NCBI GenBank assembly: GCA_019411205.1
Contig: DXRF01000003.1
Location: 1-43,960 of the forward strand
Length of the DNA stretch: 43,960 bases
Direction of reading: 5' to 3'
Origin: Parabacteroides sp.
GTDB taxonomy: Bacteria; Bacteroidota; Bacteroidia; Bacteroidales; Tannerellaceae
The notes under the pieces are model-generated. The model did no database searches and was not told the origin of the DNA. It saw only the letters and a list, made by a program, of their open reading frames with translations. This document shows, in pieces, positions 28,220 to 37,872 of the stretch (within the stretch, counting starts at the first letter, position 1; each line of letters begins with the position of its first letter). The position numbers and the translations under genes are program-made.

Positions 28220-29263
28220 ATGGATAAGAAAGTAATAACCTTTGGAGAAATCATGCTTAGGCTGGCCACACCAGACTATCTCCGTTTTTGTCAGAGTGAT
28301 AAATTGAATGCTACCTTTGGTGGCGGTGAAGCAAATGTTGCTGTATCACTGGCTAACTATGGTATTGCGACCGAGTTTGTAACCCGTTTGCCTAAAAACG
28401 ACATTGCACGTGCTTGCGTAATGGACCTGCGTAAGTATGGTGTAGGAACTTCCCACATCGTTTACGGCGGCGACCGCTTAGGTATCTATTTCCTGGAAAC
28501 AGGTGCTGTAGCCCGTGCCAGCAAAGTCGTTTATGACCGCGCTCATTCGGCTATTTCCGAAATCCAGCCGGGAATGGTAAACTGGGAAGAAGTATTCAAG
28601 GATGCATCCTGGTTCCACTGGACAGGTATTACACCAGCCATTTCACAGGGAGCGGCAGATGCTTGCCTTGAAGCTATACAAGTGGCAAACCGTATGGGTA
28701 TCCCTGTATCATGCGACCTTAATTATCGCAAGAACCTGTGGAAATATGGCAAAACTGCCTCTGAAGTGATGCCGGAACTAGTTGCCGGTTGCGATGTAAT
28801 TTTAGGAAACGAAGAGGATGCAGAAAAGGTATTCGGTATCAAACCGGAAGGCTTTGACGTGACAGCCACTAACGGCGAGGTAAACGCAGCCGAGTTCGAA
28901 TCTGTATGTACACAGCTGATGGCCAAATTCCCGCGTGCAAAGAAAGTGATCATCACACTGCGTGGCGCCATCAATGCCAACCACAATACGTGGGGCGGCG
29001 TTCTTTATGCCGATGGCAAACTGTACCAGTCTCGTCGTTACGACATTACTCATATCGTTGACCGTGTAGGTGGCGGCGACTCTTTCATGGGAGGTTTGAT
29101 CTACGGCCTGCTGACTTATACGACAGACGACCAGAAAGCACTCGATTTCGCTGTTGCAGCCTCTTGTTTGAAACACACGATTTACGGCGACTTCAATCAA
29201 GTGACAGTCGAAGAAGTTGAAAAGTTGATGGGTGGCGATGCTTCCGGACGAGTTTCAAGATAA
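28220..29263 (+). CDS. kdgK: 2-dehydro-3-deoxygluconokinase (PfkB family)
   Basis: [26 protein letters not shown] and DRVGGGDSF motifs; adjacent to eda and uxaC. Confidence 0.92.
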   Translation: MDKKVITFGEIMLRLATPDYLRFCQSDKLNATFGGGEANVAVSLANYGIATEFVTRLPKNDIARACVMDLRKYGVGTSHIVYGGDRLGIYFLETGAVARASKVVYDRAHSAISEIQPGMVNWEEVFKDASWFHWTGITPAISQGAADACLEAIQVANRMGIPVSCDLNYRKNLWKYGKTASEVMPELVAGCDVILGNEEDAEKVFGIKPEGFDVTATNGEVNAAEFESVCTQLMAKFPRAKKVIITLRGAINANHNTWGGVLYADGKLYQSRRYDITHIVDRVGGGDSFMGGLIYGLLTYTTDDQKALDFAVAASCLKHTIYGDFNQVTVEEVEKLMGGDASGRVSR

Positions 29264-29273
29264 GTGACAATTC

Positions 29274-29306
29274 AATCATAAATCATAATTCAGAAATCAT
29301 AAATCT
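29274..29306 (+). repeat. TAAATCA-family heptamer tract upstream of eda
   Basis: AATCATAAATCATAATTCAGAAATCATAAATC; the first 25 nt are identical to 30022-30046. Confidence 0.85.
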
Positions 29307-29310
29307 TATC

Positions 29311-29979
29311 ATGGCAAGATTCAATAAAATGCAGGTACTCAACGCGATCGTCAGCACAGGAATGGTACCTGTTTACTACAATAAAGATGTAGAAATCGCA
29401 AAGCAGGTTGTCAAAGCTTGCTACGAAGGCGGTGTCCGTGCATTCGAATTCACCAATCGCGGTGACTTCGCCCACGAAGTATTTGCCGAGCTGATCAAAT
29501 TCGCCGCAAAAGAATGCCCCGAACTGGTATTAGGCGTCGGTTCCATCGTAGATGCCGGAACCGCTTCCCTGTACTTGCAATTAGGTGCAAACTTCATCGT
29601 CGGTCCGCTGTTCAATCCGGAAATTGCAAAGGTGTGCAACCGTCGCTTAGTTCCGTATACACCAGGATGCGGTTCCGTTTCGGAAATCGGTTTCGCTCAG
29701 GAAGTAGGTTGCGACTTGTGCAAGATTTTCCCTGCCGGAAACGTAGGTGGACCTTCGTTCGTGAAGAATATCAAAGCTCCTATGCCTTGGTCCATGATCA
29801 TGGCTACAGGCGCCGTAGAACCGACAGAAGAAAATTTGTCGGCCTGGTTTAAGGCAGGCGTGACTTGCGTAGGTATGGGTTCCAAGCTGTTCCCGAAAGA
29901 GATGATTGCTGCCGGCAATTGGGAAGCAATCTCCACACTTTGCCGCGACGCACTGGCAACCATCAAGAAATATCGTTAA
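29311..29979 (+). CDS. eda: KDPG/KHG aldolase
   Basis: [33 protein letters not shown] and MATGAVEP motifs. Confidence 0.94.
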   Translation: MARFNKMQVLNAIVSTGMVPVYYNKDVEIAKQVVKACYEGGVRAFEFTNRGDFAHEVFAELIKFAAKECPELVLGVGSIVDAGTASLYLQLGANFIVGPLFNPEIAKVCNRRLVPYTPGCGSVSEIGFAQEVGCDLCKIFPAGNVGGPSFVKNIKAPMPWSMIMATGAVEPTEENLSAWFKAGVTCVGMGSKLFPKEMIAAGNWEAISTLCRDALATIKKYR

Positions 29980-29981
29980 AT

Positions 29982-30083
29982 GATTTCTGAATTATGATTT
30001 ATGATTTATCATCGGTGCATAAATCATAAATCATAATTCAGAAATCTATAAATCTATAAATCATAAATCTAAAATCATAAATC
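29982..30083. repeat. Heptamer-built perfect 28-bp inverted repeat plus tandem heptamers up to the uxaC start
   Basis: GATTTCTGAATTATGATTTATGATTTAT (29982-30009), 9-nt loop, ATAAATCATAAATCATAATTCAGAAATC (30019-30046), then further TAAATC units to the ATG at 30084. Confidence 0.92.
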
Positions 30084-31487
30084 ATGAAATCCTTTCTCGA
30101 TTCCAATTTCCTGCTCCAGTCCGAGACAGCTCAGAAACTGTATCACGAACATGCAGCAAAAATGCCAATCATCGATTACCATTGCCATCTGATCCCGCAA
30201 CAGATAGCCGACAACTACCAGTTTGCCGACCTGACAGAGATATGGCTGGGTGGTGACCATTATAAATGGCGTGCAATGCGTGCCAACGGCGTGCCCGAAG
30301 AATATATCACGGGAGACAAACCGGCGTACGAGAAATTTGAAAAATGGGCTGAAACCATGCAGTATGCCATGCGCAACCCGCTATATCATTGGACCCATCT
30401 TGAACTGAGCCGTATCTTCGGCATAGACAAGGTACTGAACCCGTCTACCGCCCGCGAGATATACGACGAATGTACAGCCAAATTGCAAACACCCGAATTC
30501 CGCGCCCAGGCAATTATGGAGCGCATGAACGTGGAAGTCGTATGTACGACCGATGATCCGATCGATGATTTGAAATATCACGCCCAGATCCGCCAAAGCG
30601 GTCTGAAGACCAAAGTTCTGCCAGCCTGGCGCCCGGACAAAGCTATGGCCATCGAGAATGTCGATACATATAATGAATATCTGACCAAGTTGGAAGCTGC
30701 TGCCGACATGTCGATTCTCAACTTCAAGAACTTGATCGACGCTTTGCAGAAACGCCATGACTTCTTCGCATCACAAGGTTGCAGCTTGTCCGATCACGGT
30801 CTGACCACTTTCTATGCAGAACCTTACACAGATGCGGAAATCGAAGCAATCTTCCTGAAGGCACGTATGAAGAAAGAACTGACAGCCGAAGAGATCGACA
30901 AATTCCGTTCTGCCATGCTATATGAGTTTGCAGTCATGGATGCCAAAAGCGACTGGGTACAACAGTTCCACTATGGTGCAACTCGCAACAACAACGCCCG
31001 CATGTTTAAGAAGTTAGGCCCCGACACTGGCTACGATGCGATTGGAGATGCAGAAGTCGCTGCTCCGCTGGCTCGTTTCCTGAGCCGTTTGGACGAAGAA
31101 GGCGTACTGGCAAAGTCTATCTTCTACAACTTGAACCCGCGCGACAACGAATTGCTGATGACAACGATCTACAGCTTCAACGACGGTACAGTTCCGGGCA
31201 AGATGCAATATGGCTCCGGCTGGTGGTTCCTGGATCAAATTCACGGCATGGAAAAACAGATGAACGCATTGTCCGACTTAGGATTACTGAGCCGCTTCGT
31301 CGGAATGCTCACGGATTCACGCAGTTTCCTATCCTACCCGCGTCATGAATACTTCCGTCGCATCCTGTGTAACATCCTGGGCCGCGAAGTGGAAGACGGT
31401 CTGCTGCCGGCATCCGAACTGCCGTTCATCGGTAAGATGGTCGAAGACATCAGTTACAATAACGCGAAAGGATATTTCGGGTTCTAA
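30084..31487 (+). CDS. uxaC: Glucuronate/uronate isomerase
   Basis: PIIDYHCHL, GDHYKWRAMR, NPLYHWTHLEL, CTTDDP, GWWFLD and GMLTDSRSFLSYPRHEYFRR motifs. Confidence 0.97.
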   Translation: MKSFLDSNFLLQSETAQKLYHEHAAKMPIIDYHCHLIPQQIADNYQFADLTEIWLGGDHYKWRAMRANGVPEEYITGDKPAYEKFEKWAETMQYAMRNPLYHWTHLELSRIFGIDKVLNPSTAREIYDECTAKLQTPEFRAQAIMERMNVEVVCTTDDPIDDLKYHAQIRQSGLKTKVLPAWRPDKAMAIENVDTYNEYLTKLEAAADMSILNFKNLIDALQKRHDFFASQGCSLSDHGLTTFYAEPYTDAEIEAIFLKARMKKELTAEEIDKFRSAMLYEFAVMDAKSDWVQQFHYGATRNNNARMFKKLGPDTGYDAIGDAEVAAPLARFLSRLDEEGVLAKSIFYNLNPRDNELLMTTIYSFNDGTVPGKMQYGSGWWFLDQIHGMEKQMNALSDLGLLSRFVGMLTDSRSFLSYPRHEYFRRILCNILGREVEDGLLPASELPFIGKMVEDISYNNAKGYFGF

Positions 31488-31508
31488 AAGAAACTTCCCT
31501 TAATTATA

Positions 31509-31549
31509 AAGGGCCGCGTCAGCAAAGATTTGACACGGCCCTTATTTTT
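31509..31549. terminator. Terminator between convergent uxaC and porW
   Basis: AAGGGCCGCGTCA / TGACACGGCCCTT stem with one mismatch (G-U on the minus strand), flanked by A/T runs. Confidence 0.7.
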
Positions 31550-34500
31550 ATCTCTTTCTTTTCGCTTTGGCAGCCGCCTCTTTGGCCTTTTGGGCTTCGC
31601 GGCGGGCTTTTTCTTTAGCTTTCAACTTTTCTTTGTATTCGCGTTCCTTCTGCTTACGTTCTTTTTCCTTTTGCTTCAGGCGTTCCTTATACTCACGTTC
31701 TTTCTGCTTGCGCAGTTCTTCGCGAGCTTTTAGCTTTGCCTTACGCTCGGCTTCGACCTGTTTCAGCTTGTCCTTGCGGTCACGTTCCAGTTGTTTTTCG
31801 CGTTCGGCTTTTGCTTTCAGCAACGCTTCTTCTTCAGCCTTCTGCTTCTTCAGAAGTTCTTCGTTTTCTTTTGCCTTCTTTTCCTGCAATTCTTTTTCGG
31901 CTTTCTGTTGGGCTTCAAATGCTTTGCGGGCTTCTTCCTTGCGAGCTTCAGCTTCGTCAGCTTCACGCTTTCGGAGTTCTTCAATCTCTTTCAAGGTAAG
32001 TTCCTTCGGTTGTTCGACAGGAGTGACAACAGCGGAAACGGTGTCGGACGATGCCGGAACAACCGTATCCTTTACAACCGGCTGTACAGAAACAGTATCT
32101 ACATCAGCCGGAAGGAGTGTTTCTGTTTCACGGACAGTCATTGTATCGACCACCGGAAGTTCTACCGGAACCGTGTCTTTTACGGCAGGTGGTACAACAA
32201 CTTCTTCTACAGCCTGCTGCTGGCGTTGTTCTTTCGGGCGGACGGTCTTCTTGACAGGTTCCGGCTTTTCTTCCGGAATATTTTCAGAATCCTGTACTTC
32301 GGCCTCTTCAGCTTTTGCCTCTTCCTCTTTGATCTGTTCGGCAGCCATACGGGCTTTCCAACGAGCGGCCAGTTCAGGAACGGCCTCACCGAAGTTTTCC
32401 TGGAAGAATCCGACATATTCCTCGAGCGTCTTTCCTCGCATCAACGTTTCATAGTTGTCGTCAGAGATCGGAAGAATAGCCACATTCTTGTCCAACGCAG
32501 TTGCATAGCCATCTGCTCCGTAGATCATCTTATAATAATGCAAGATTTCATCCAAATTGAAGAAGCCGTGAATCGTCAGCATGCTCATCGGACCAGCCTC
32601 TTCAAAACTCAAATCGAACTCCTTCACCATAAAGTTGCCAAAGTTGTAGGCAGCAACAGCGAAAAGCAACTGGTTACGGTCGAGCGTTCCGGTCGGGAAC
32701 ATCAACAGCATCCGATAAGACGTGTTAGGTTCAGCCGTAAAGACACGTGCCGAGTCGGCAGCCGACAACATACCGTCGTCACCCACACCGAAACGCAGGT
32801 TCCAACGCATTCCCTTGATACCACCTTGAACCATCATACGTCCGCGCAGAACACCTTTCAGCATTTCACCCGCCAGTTCCGTCACATCAGCCATCGGATA
32901 TTTCTCGACCAATGCCTTTAAGGCGTTCTTGAAACCTTCGGCATCCCCGGCCTGCACATAGGTCAGTGCTTCGAGGAACATGAACTTAGGCAACAGATCC
33001 GCCAATGGATACTTAGCACTGACATCGCGGTAATTGCGACGGACGGTGACCGTATCTTCCGCCAGGTAACTTGCATAGGTCGCCTGGTAGATCGAATCCT
33101 GCACCTTGTCCATCATCCGGATATTATATTCGTAATTCGGATCGGCAATCGCAATCGCATAATCCGATTCAGGGAAAGTCGTAACCAACTTATTCTTATA
33201 AGCAGCAGCGAGCGCCTGGTTTCCGGAACGAAGTGCCATCAGGTAAACCTGGTAGTAGCTTTCCAAAAGATGACTATGCTTCGGGAAACGACGTTCCAGC
33301 TCCTCAAAAGCTTCGGTTGCCAACGGGATATCCTCAAGTTTATCCTTATAAATCATAGCCATGTTATAAAGACCGTCTTCTATGATAATATTGGAAGCCT
33401 GGACATCTTCGGGAGTCAACGGAAGTTGCTGAATGTAATACTCACGTGTTTTCGGGTCATCAGAAGCAGCAGGTTCCAATCCGGCCTCGAGCGAATCGGT
33501 AGCCAGTTCGCCTACCTCTCCTTCGGAAACGTCCTCAGCTTCGTCCGCCATATTCTCGTCGAAAGTGGACATCTCTTTCTTACGTCGACGCCAGTTATCT
33601 TCCAGCGCGCGTCGCCCCCATTTACGTTGGAAAGCTGCTTTTCCCTGCGATACAGCCTGCGGGTTATAGAAATAGAAACCGGAACCTCCGGATGTCGTCG
33701 GTAACGTGATGCCGCTCGTTTCTGTTCCTGGACGGTCGATACCAGTTCCCTTTGCCTCCTGTTCCGCCAGATAAGCTTCTTTCTCGGCAAGAGCCTTGGC
33801 TTCCTCCTCCTCTTTCTTCACCTGCTCGATGATTTTGTCGATCACGGCAAGCCGTTCCGCCTCCGGCATTTTGGCGAGAGTTTGCAAACTATCCTGCAAA
33901 TGGACCGCCTCCACATGCACGACCAGTTCGTCCAAGATAGCAGACAGTTTGGATACCCGTTCATAGTCTTTATATTCTTTCTGGATGCCGGACAGTGCAC
34001 CACTGAAATTCGGTTGTGCCTTGACATAGTCACGCATCTGGAAATAAAGATCACCCAGTTTGATCTGGCAGATCGCCTTGTCCAAACCGTTCTGTGTGCT
34101 TTTCTCCACCCCCAGCTCGTAGTTCTTGATGGCATTGACCGTATCTTCACGGCTCATATAGACATTGCCCAACGCATAATAGACCTGGTCGAGCAGGTCC
34201 TTGTTCTTATCGCTTTTCGCCATCCGTTGCAGCATCTTTATCACTTTCTGGTAATTACCGCCAGTGAATACTTCGGTCTGGCGGATGCGGGCGGCAAACT
34301 CCAGCTCATAGGGAGGATTGGCTTTGATCACCTGTCCGAACATCTGGTAGGCAAGCCCGTTCTGATCCTGTTCGGCATAAATCTGTCCCAACAGGTACTT
34401 CATCCGGGTACGCTGGCGCCGGTTCTTCTCCGCCTTGATCGCCGTCTTGAAATAAGGGACCGCCTCTTCATATTGCTTATTCTTCACCAAGTAGTCGGCA

Positions 34501-35141
34501 TATACCGTCGCATACTGGTTCAGGTTCTTGCGGGGAATACCGTTCGTATTCAGTTTTCCTAAGATATCTTCCGCTTCATAGAACCATTCCATCTCGGAAT
34601 AGCAACGGGCCTGCCAAAGGCGTGCTTCGGCCACCACTTCTTCATCATGGGCATAATGACGGGCTATGTAAGAGAAAGTGGCAGATGCCTGCAAGAAATC
34701 GGCATTATAGAACTGTGCCTGCCCCATCATCAACCAGCACTTTTTAAGGAACGGATTGTATTCTTCCTGTTCCTGCCAGGCACGTTGCTTGGGATCATTG
34801 CGCCATCCCGGTTTCTTAGGTGGTTTTGCCTTGATGGAGTGGAGCTTGATCGCTTTATTGCTTTTCTCGATCGCCCGGTCGAAAGGGCCTCCGGTTTCGG
34901 GCTTATCTTTCGGTTGCGCACTGATCGGGTACATCAAGATCATGTCAGAATAGCTTTCCTTATAGCCGTTCTGCATGGAAAGCAACGCTTCGTCAAACGA
35001 TGTCTTTCCGTTGAAATAGATATTATAGCGGGAATTAAAAGCGTGATAGAAGCGGCTTGCCTTGGTGTTCTTTTTCGTACTGCAAGACCAAAACAAAGAG
35101 ACAATCAATAATGCGATTATATAGTAGAAACCTTTCTTCAT
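31548..35141 (-). CDS. porW: T9SS periplasmic TPR lipoprotein PorW/SprE
   Basis: Lipobox FWSC then STKKNT..RFYHAFNSRYNIYFNG, KAIKLHSI, TPR repeats, LQDSLQ and FYFYN...F..KWG.R.LEDNWRR motifs. Confidence 0.87.
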   Translation of the reverse strand: MKKGFYYIIALLIVSLFWSCSTKKNTKASRFYHAFNSRYNIYFNGKTSFDEALLSMQNGYKESYSDMILMYPISAQPKDKPETGGPFDRAIEKSNKAIKLHSIKAKPPKKPGWRNDPKQRAWQEQEEYNPFLKKCWLMMGQAQFYNADFLQASATFSYIARHYAHDEEVVAEARLWQARCYSEMEWFYEAEDILGKLNTNGIPRKNLNQYATVYADYLVKNKQYEEAVPYFKTAIKAEKNRRQRTRMKYLLGQIYAEQDQNGLAYQMFGQVIKANPPYELEFAARIRQTEVFTGGNYQKVIKMLQRMAKSDKNKDLLDQVYYALGNVYMSREDTVNAIKNYELGVEKSTQNGLDKAICQIKLGDLYFQMRDYVKAQPNFSGALSGIQKEYKDYERVSKLSAILDELVVHVEAVHLQDSLQTLAKMPEAERLAVIDKIIEQVKKEEEEAKALAEKEAYLAEQEAKGTGIDRPGTETSGITLPTTSGGSGFYFYNPQAVSQGKAAFQRKWGRRALEDNWRRRKKEMSTFDENMADEAEDVSEGEVGELATDSLEAGLEPAASDDPKTREYYIQQLPLTPEDVQASNIIIEDGLYNMAMIYKDKLEDIPLATEAFEELERRFPKHSHLLESYYQVYLMALRSGNQALAAAYKNKLVTTFPESDYAIAIADPNYEYNIRMMDKVQDSIYQATYASYLAEDTVTVRRNYRDVSAKYPLADLLPKFMFLEALTYVQAGDAEGFKNALKALVEKYPMADVTELAGEMLKGVLRGRMMVQGGIKGMRWNLRFGVGDDGMLSAADSARVFTAEPNTSYRMLLMFPTGTLDRNQLLFAVAAYNFGNFMVKEFDLSFEEAGPMSMLTIHGFFNLDEILHYYKMIYGADGYATALDKNVAILPISDDNYETLMRGKTLEEYVGFFQENFGEAVPELAARWKARMAAEQIKEEEAKAEEAEVQDSENIPEEKPEPVKKTVRPKEQRQQQAVEEVVVPPAVKDTVPVELPVVDTMTVRETETLLPADVDTVSVQPVVKDTVVPASSDTVSAVVTPVEQPKELTLKEIEELRKREADEAEARKEEARKAFEAQQKAEKELQEKKAKENEELLKKQKAEEEALLKAKAEREKQLERDRKDKLKQVEAERKAKLKAREELRKQKEREYKERLKQKEKERKQKEREYKEKLKAKEKARREAQKAKEAAAKAKRKR

Positions 35142-35148
35142 TTCCCCT

Positions 35149-35952
35149 TTAACGCTTCAAAAACGCTTTTATTGCCTTGACTACTAAAAAGAAAAGGACA
35201 AGGACAAGAATAATAAATGCCCCGGAAGGCACATTCAGAAAATAAGAAAGGACGAGCCCGGACACACATCCCAAGAAACCGATGGCAATGCTTCCGAATA
35301 TAATCTTCTTAAAGTCTGACGTAAAAAGGTTTACAGTGATCTGGGGCAACGTCAGCAAACTCATCAGAAGCATGATCCCGACCAGACGGATCGAAAGGAC
35401 GATTGTCATGGCGATGCAGCACATCATCACATATTCTATCCACTTGACGGGCAGCCCTTGTGTCACGGCAAAATCCCTGTCGAACGCCACATAAACGATC
35501 TCCCGCAGGAAAAGAGAGAAAAGAACCACCAGCAATAATGCCAAAGCGGCAATCCAGATAATATCTCCCGTCGAAACAGTCAGGATATTTCCAAAAAGGT
35601 AGGCTGAAAGATTCGGTGCATATCCGGGGGTCAGGAAAATAAAAATAACACCCAATGCCATCCCTAACGACCATATCCCGGCAATGGCCGAGTCTTCACG
35701 CACATTCTGTGTCTTGCTCACCCATTCCACCCCGAATGCGGAGAGTACGGAAAACAACATCGCCATCAAGATCGGATTCATCCCAAGATAGAACCCCAAT
35801 CCCAGTCCTCCGAAAGAAGCATGAGTGATGCCTCCGCTGATAAAGACAAGCCTCCGTGACACGATATACGTCCCGACAATCCCACAAGCGATCGCGGTCA
35901 GCAGGCTGCCCCAAAGGGCATGCTGGAAAAAACCATATTGAAGTAAATCCAT
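35149..35952 (-). CDS. Zn/Mn ABC-3 transporter permease (ZnuB-like)
   Basis: GGITHASFGG, EDSAI, YLFGNIL, AFDRDFA and IRLVGIMLLMSLL motifs; hydrophobic throughout. Confidence 0.9.
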   Translation of the reverse strand: MDLLQYGFFQHALWGSLLTAIACGIVGTYIVSRRLVFISGGITHASFGGLGLGFYLGMNPILMAMLFSVLSAFGVEWVSKTQNVREDSAIAGIWSLGMALGVIFIFLTPGYAPNLSAYLFGNILTVSTGDIIWIAALALLLVVLFSLFLREIVYVAFDRDFAVTQGLPVKWIEYVMMCCIAMTIVLSIRLVGIMLLMSLLTLPQITVNLFTSDFKKIIFGSIAIGFLGCVSGLVLSYFLNVPSGAFIILVLVLFFLVVKAIKAFLKR

Positions 35953-35980
35953 TTTCTATCCTTTTATATCCTTTTTTATG

Positions 35981-36085
35981 GTTTCCCGGCAGGAATCTTT
36001 TATTTCATTATAGGGAAACTCCTGTTTCATACCGATGAAACTGTTGTTCCATGCAAGGGGAACTGTTGTTTCATAGGCATGAAAC
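35981..36085. repeat. Array of five ~22-bp palindromic units GTTTC-N8-GAAAC-N4
   Basis: Units start at 35981, 36002, 36024, 36046 and 36068. Confidence 0.85.
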
Positions 36086-36508
36086 TTAATGTATGCGCCG
36101 TTCGCCGACAATCAGGAATGCCTCATCCTTCAGCTCATCCGGTAAATTAATGGCACGAAGTTGCAGACTACGCAGCCAACCGGCCACCTCTATCTCTTGC
36201 AACGTATAAAGCACATCACGAAACTCGTTCACGGCATCTTCATCGTAAGCATCGGCTTCAACTCCTTGGAAACGATCCAGTTCTTCATCGTCATAATACT
36301 CGATTTTTTTGCTGACTGCCGCCAGCAGACTGTCACGTTCACAGGTTTCATGCTGTCCGCAACATTCGTCAGTGACAAGCTCCTGTGCTTCGGGGATTTC
36401 AGTAATTTCCCCCCGTTCCAGCATCTTCTGCAATTTCCGGTTCCGAAAATAACCGGCAATGGCAGCAACGACACCCAATACGATAATACCTATAACAATA
36501 TACCACAT
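36086..36508 (-). CDS. Conserved hypothetical membrane-anchored protein
   Basis: Start at MWYIVIGII (36508); N-terminal TM helix, ECCGQHETCE and YYDDEELD motifs. Confidence 0.78.
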   Translation of the reverse strand: MWYIVIGIIVLGVVAAIAGYFRNRKLQKMLERGEITEIPEAQELVTDECCGQHETCERDSLLAAVSKKIEYYDDEELDRFQGVEADAYDEDAVNEFRDVLYTLQEIEVAGWLRSLQLRAINLPDELKDEAFLIVGERRIH

Positions 36509-36509
36509 A

Positions 36510-36597
36510 ATAATTGACAATTAACAATGAACAATTGACAATGGACTTCCAGACACCGACAACTAATTGTCAATTGCCAATTGTTCATTGTCAATTA
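36510..36597. repeat. Inverted pair of ACAATTG-type heptamer tracts overlapping the aroA 3' end
   Basis: ATAATTGACAATTAACAATGAACAATTGACAATG faces TAATTGTCAATTGCCAATTGTTCATTGTCAATTAT across a ~20-nt spacer. Confidence 0.8.
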
Positions 36598-37810
36598 TAA
36601 TAAAGCCTGCGGTTCTCAAGTCTCTCCAATAATGCGGATAACTTTTGCTGACCACCTGCGGGTCAGCTATCTCGATCCCTTCCGGCAACACCAGGGCGGC
36701 AGGTGCAAATGCCATTGCCATACGGTGATCTTCATAAGTTGCGATCACAGGATGTGCTTGCGGTTCACAACGTTCGCCGTTCCATTCCAAAATACTGTTG
36801 TTGCTGTCTGTCAGAAGATATCCTAATTTGCGAAGCTCTGTCTTAAGTGCTTCGATGCGGTCGGTTTCCTTTATCTTCAGACTTTGCAGACCGGTAAAAC
36901 GGAAAGGAATATTTAATAACACACAGGTCACGACAAAGGTTTGAGCCAGGTCGGGCTCGTTTACGAAGTTATAATTCAGTTTTTTGGTCCTATTCCCATT
37001 GTGCTTCAAAACAACGCCCCGGTCCGTGTAAGTCGTACCCACACCAAGCTGTGCAAACAATTTGGCTCCGGCGGCATCTCCCTGCAAACTGTTCTTAAAC
37101 AGCCCCAGCAATTCGATCTCGGCATTTTTAGACAACGCCATCATAGAATACCAGTAGGAAGCAGCACTCCAATCGGATTCAACGGTAAAGGGTATCGGAT
37201 TATAATCCTGCGGTCTTACTTTAATGGTCTGCCCGTTCCATTCCGCCTTCACTCCATATTGTTCCATCAGCTGTAACGTCAGGTTAATATAGGGTTTTGA
37301 AATGACAGCACCTTCAAGATGCAATGTCAACCCGTTCTCCATCAGGGGTGCGATCATCAGCAACGCCGAAATATACTGTGAACTGACCCCACCGGCAAGC
37401 GAAATCTCGCCTCCCTGCAACGCACTTCCGAAAATGTGGAGAGGAGGATATCCCTCCTTCTCCATATATTCCACCCGTGCACCCAGCGAGTTCAGCGCAT
37501 CCACCAGTATCTTGATCGGCCGATTCTTCATCCGTTGGGTCCCGGTAATCGTCCACTCACCCACCACTTTAGACAAAAAAGCCGTCAGGAACCGCATCGC
37601 AGTTCCCGCGGCTTTTATATCAAAGTCACGATCATTCGAATTCAACGCCTTCACCATCACCTCCGTATCATCACAATCCGACAAATTCCGGATCTCATAC
37701 GGACTATAGCTCAACGCATTAAGTATCAACGCACGATTACAGATACTCTTGGATGCGGGAAGCTGGATGGAAGCTTTCAGTGAAACAGGAGACTTTATTG
37801 TATAATTCAT
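36563..37810 (-). CDS. aroA: 3-phosphoshikimate 1-carboxyvinyltransferase (EPSP synthase)
   Basis: PASKSICNRAL, AGTAMRF, RMKNRPI, SSQYISALL, KETDRI and DHRMAMAF..VSKSYP motifs. Confidence 0.97.
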   Translation of the reverse strand: MNYTIKSPVSLKASIQLPASKSICNRALILNALSYSPYEIRNLSDCDDTEVMVKALNSNDRDFDIKAAGTAMRFLTAFLSKVVGEWTITGTQRMKNRPIKILVDALNSLGARVEYMEKEGYPPLHIFGSALQGGEISLAGGVSSQYISALLMIAPLMENGLTLHLEGAVISKPYINLTLQLMEQYGVKAEWNGQTIKVRPQDYNPIPFTVESDWSAASYWYSMMALSKNAEIELLGLFKNSLQGDAAGAKLFAQLGVGTTYTDRGVVLKHNGNRTKKLNYNFVNEPDLAQTFVVTCVLLNIPFRFTGLQSLKIKETDRIEALKTELRKLGYLLTDSNNSILEWNGERCEPQAHPVIATYEDHRMAMAFAPAALVLPEGIEIADPQVVSKSYPHYWRDLRTAGFIIIDNEQLAIDN

Positions 37811-37832
37811 ACTTTTGCATTAAAATGGAATA

Positions 37833-37840
37833 CAAAAGTA
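37833..37840 (-). promoter_or_regulatory. Bacteroidetes -7 promoter box for aroA
   Basis: TACTTTTG on the minus strand about 23 nt upstream of the ATG. Confidence 0.55.
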
Positions 37841-37872
37841 CGGAAATTATTGGGAATAATAAACCAACTTTA

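Noticed and set aside
31567..32921. Long plus-strand ORFs of 295 and 376 aa opposite porW
   Set aside because: Phe/Ser/Leu-rich antisense shadows of the K/E-rich low-complexity tail.
35981..36085. CRISPR array (GTTTC...GAAAC resembles CRISPR repeat ends)
   Set aside because: The period is only 22 bp with 4-nt linkers, there are no 30-40 bp spacers, and no cas genes are in the window.
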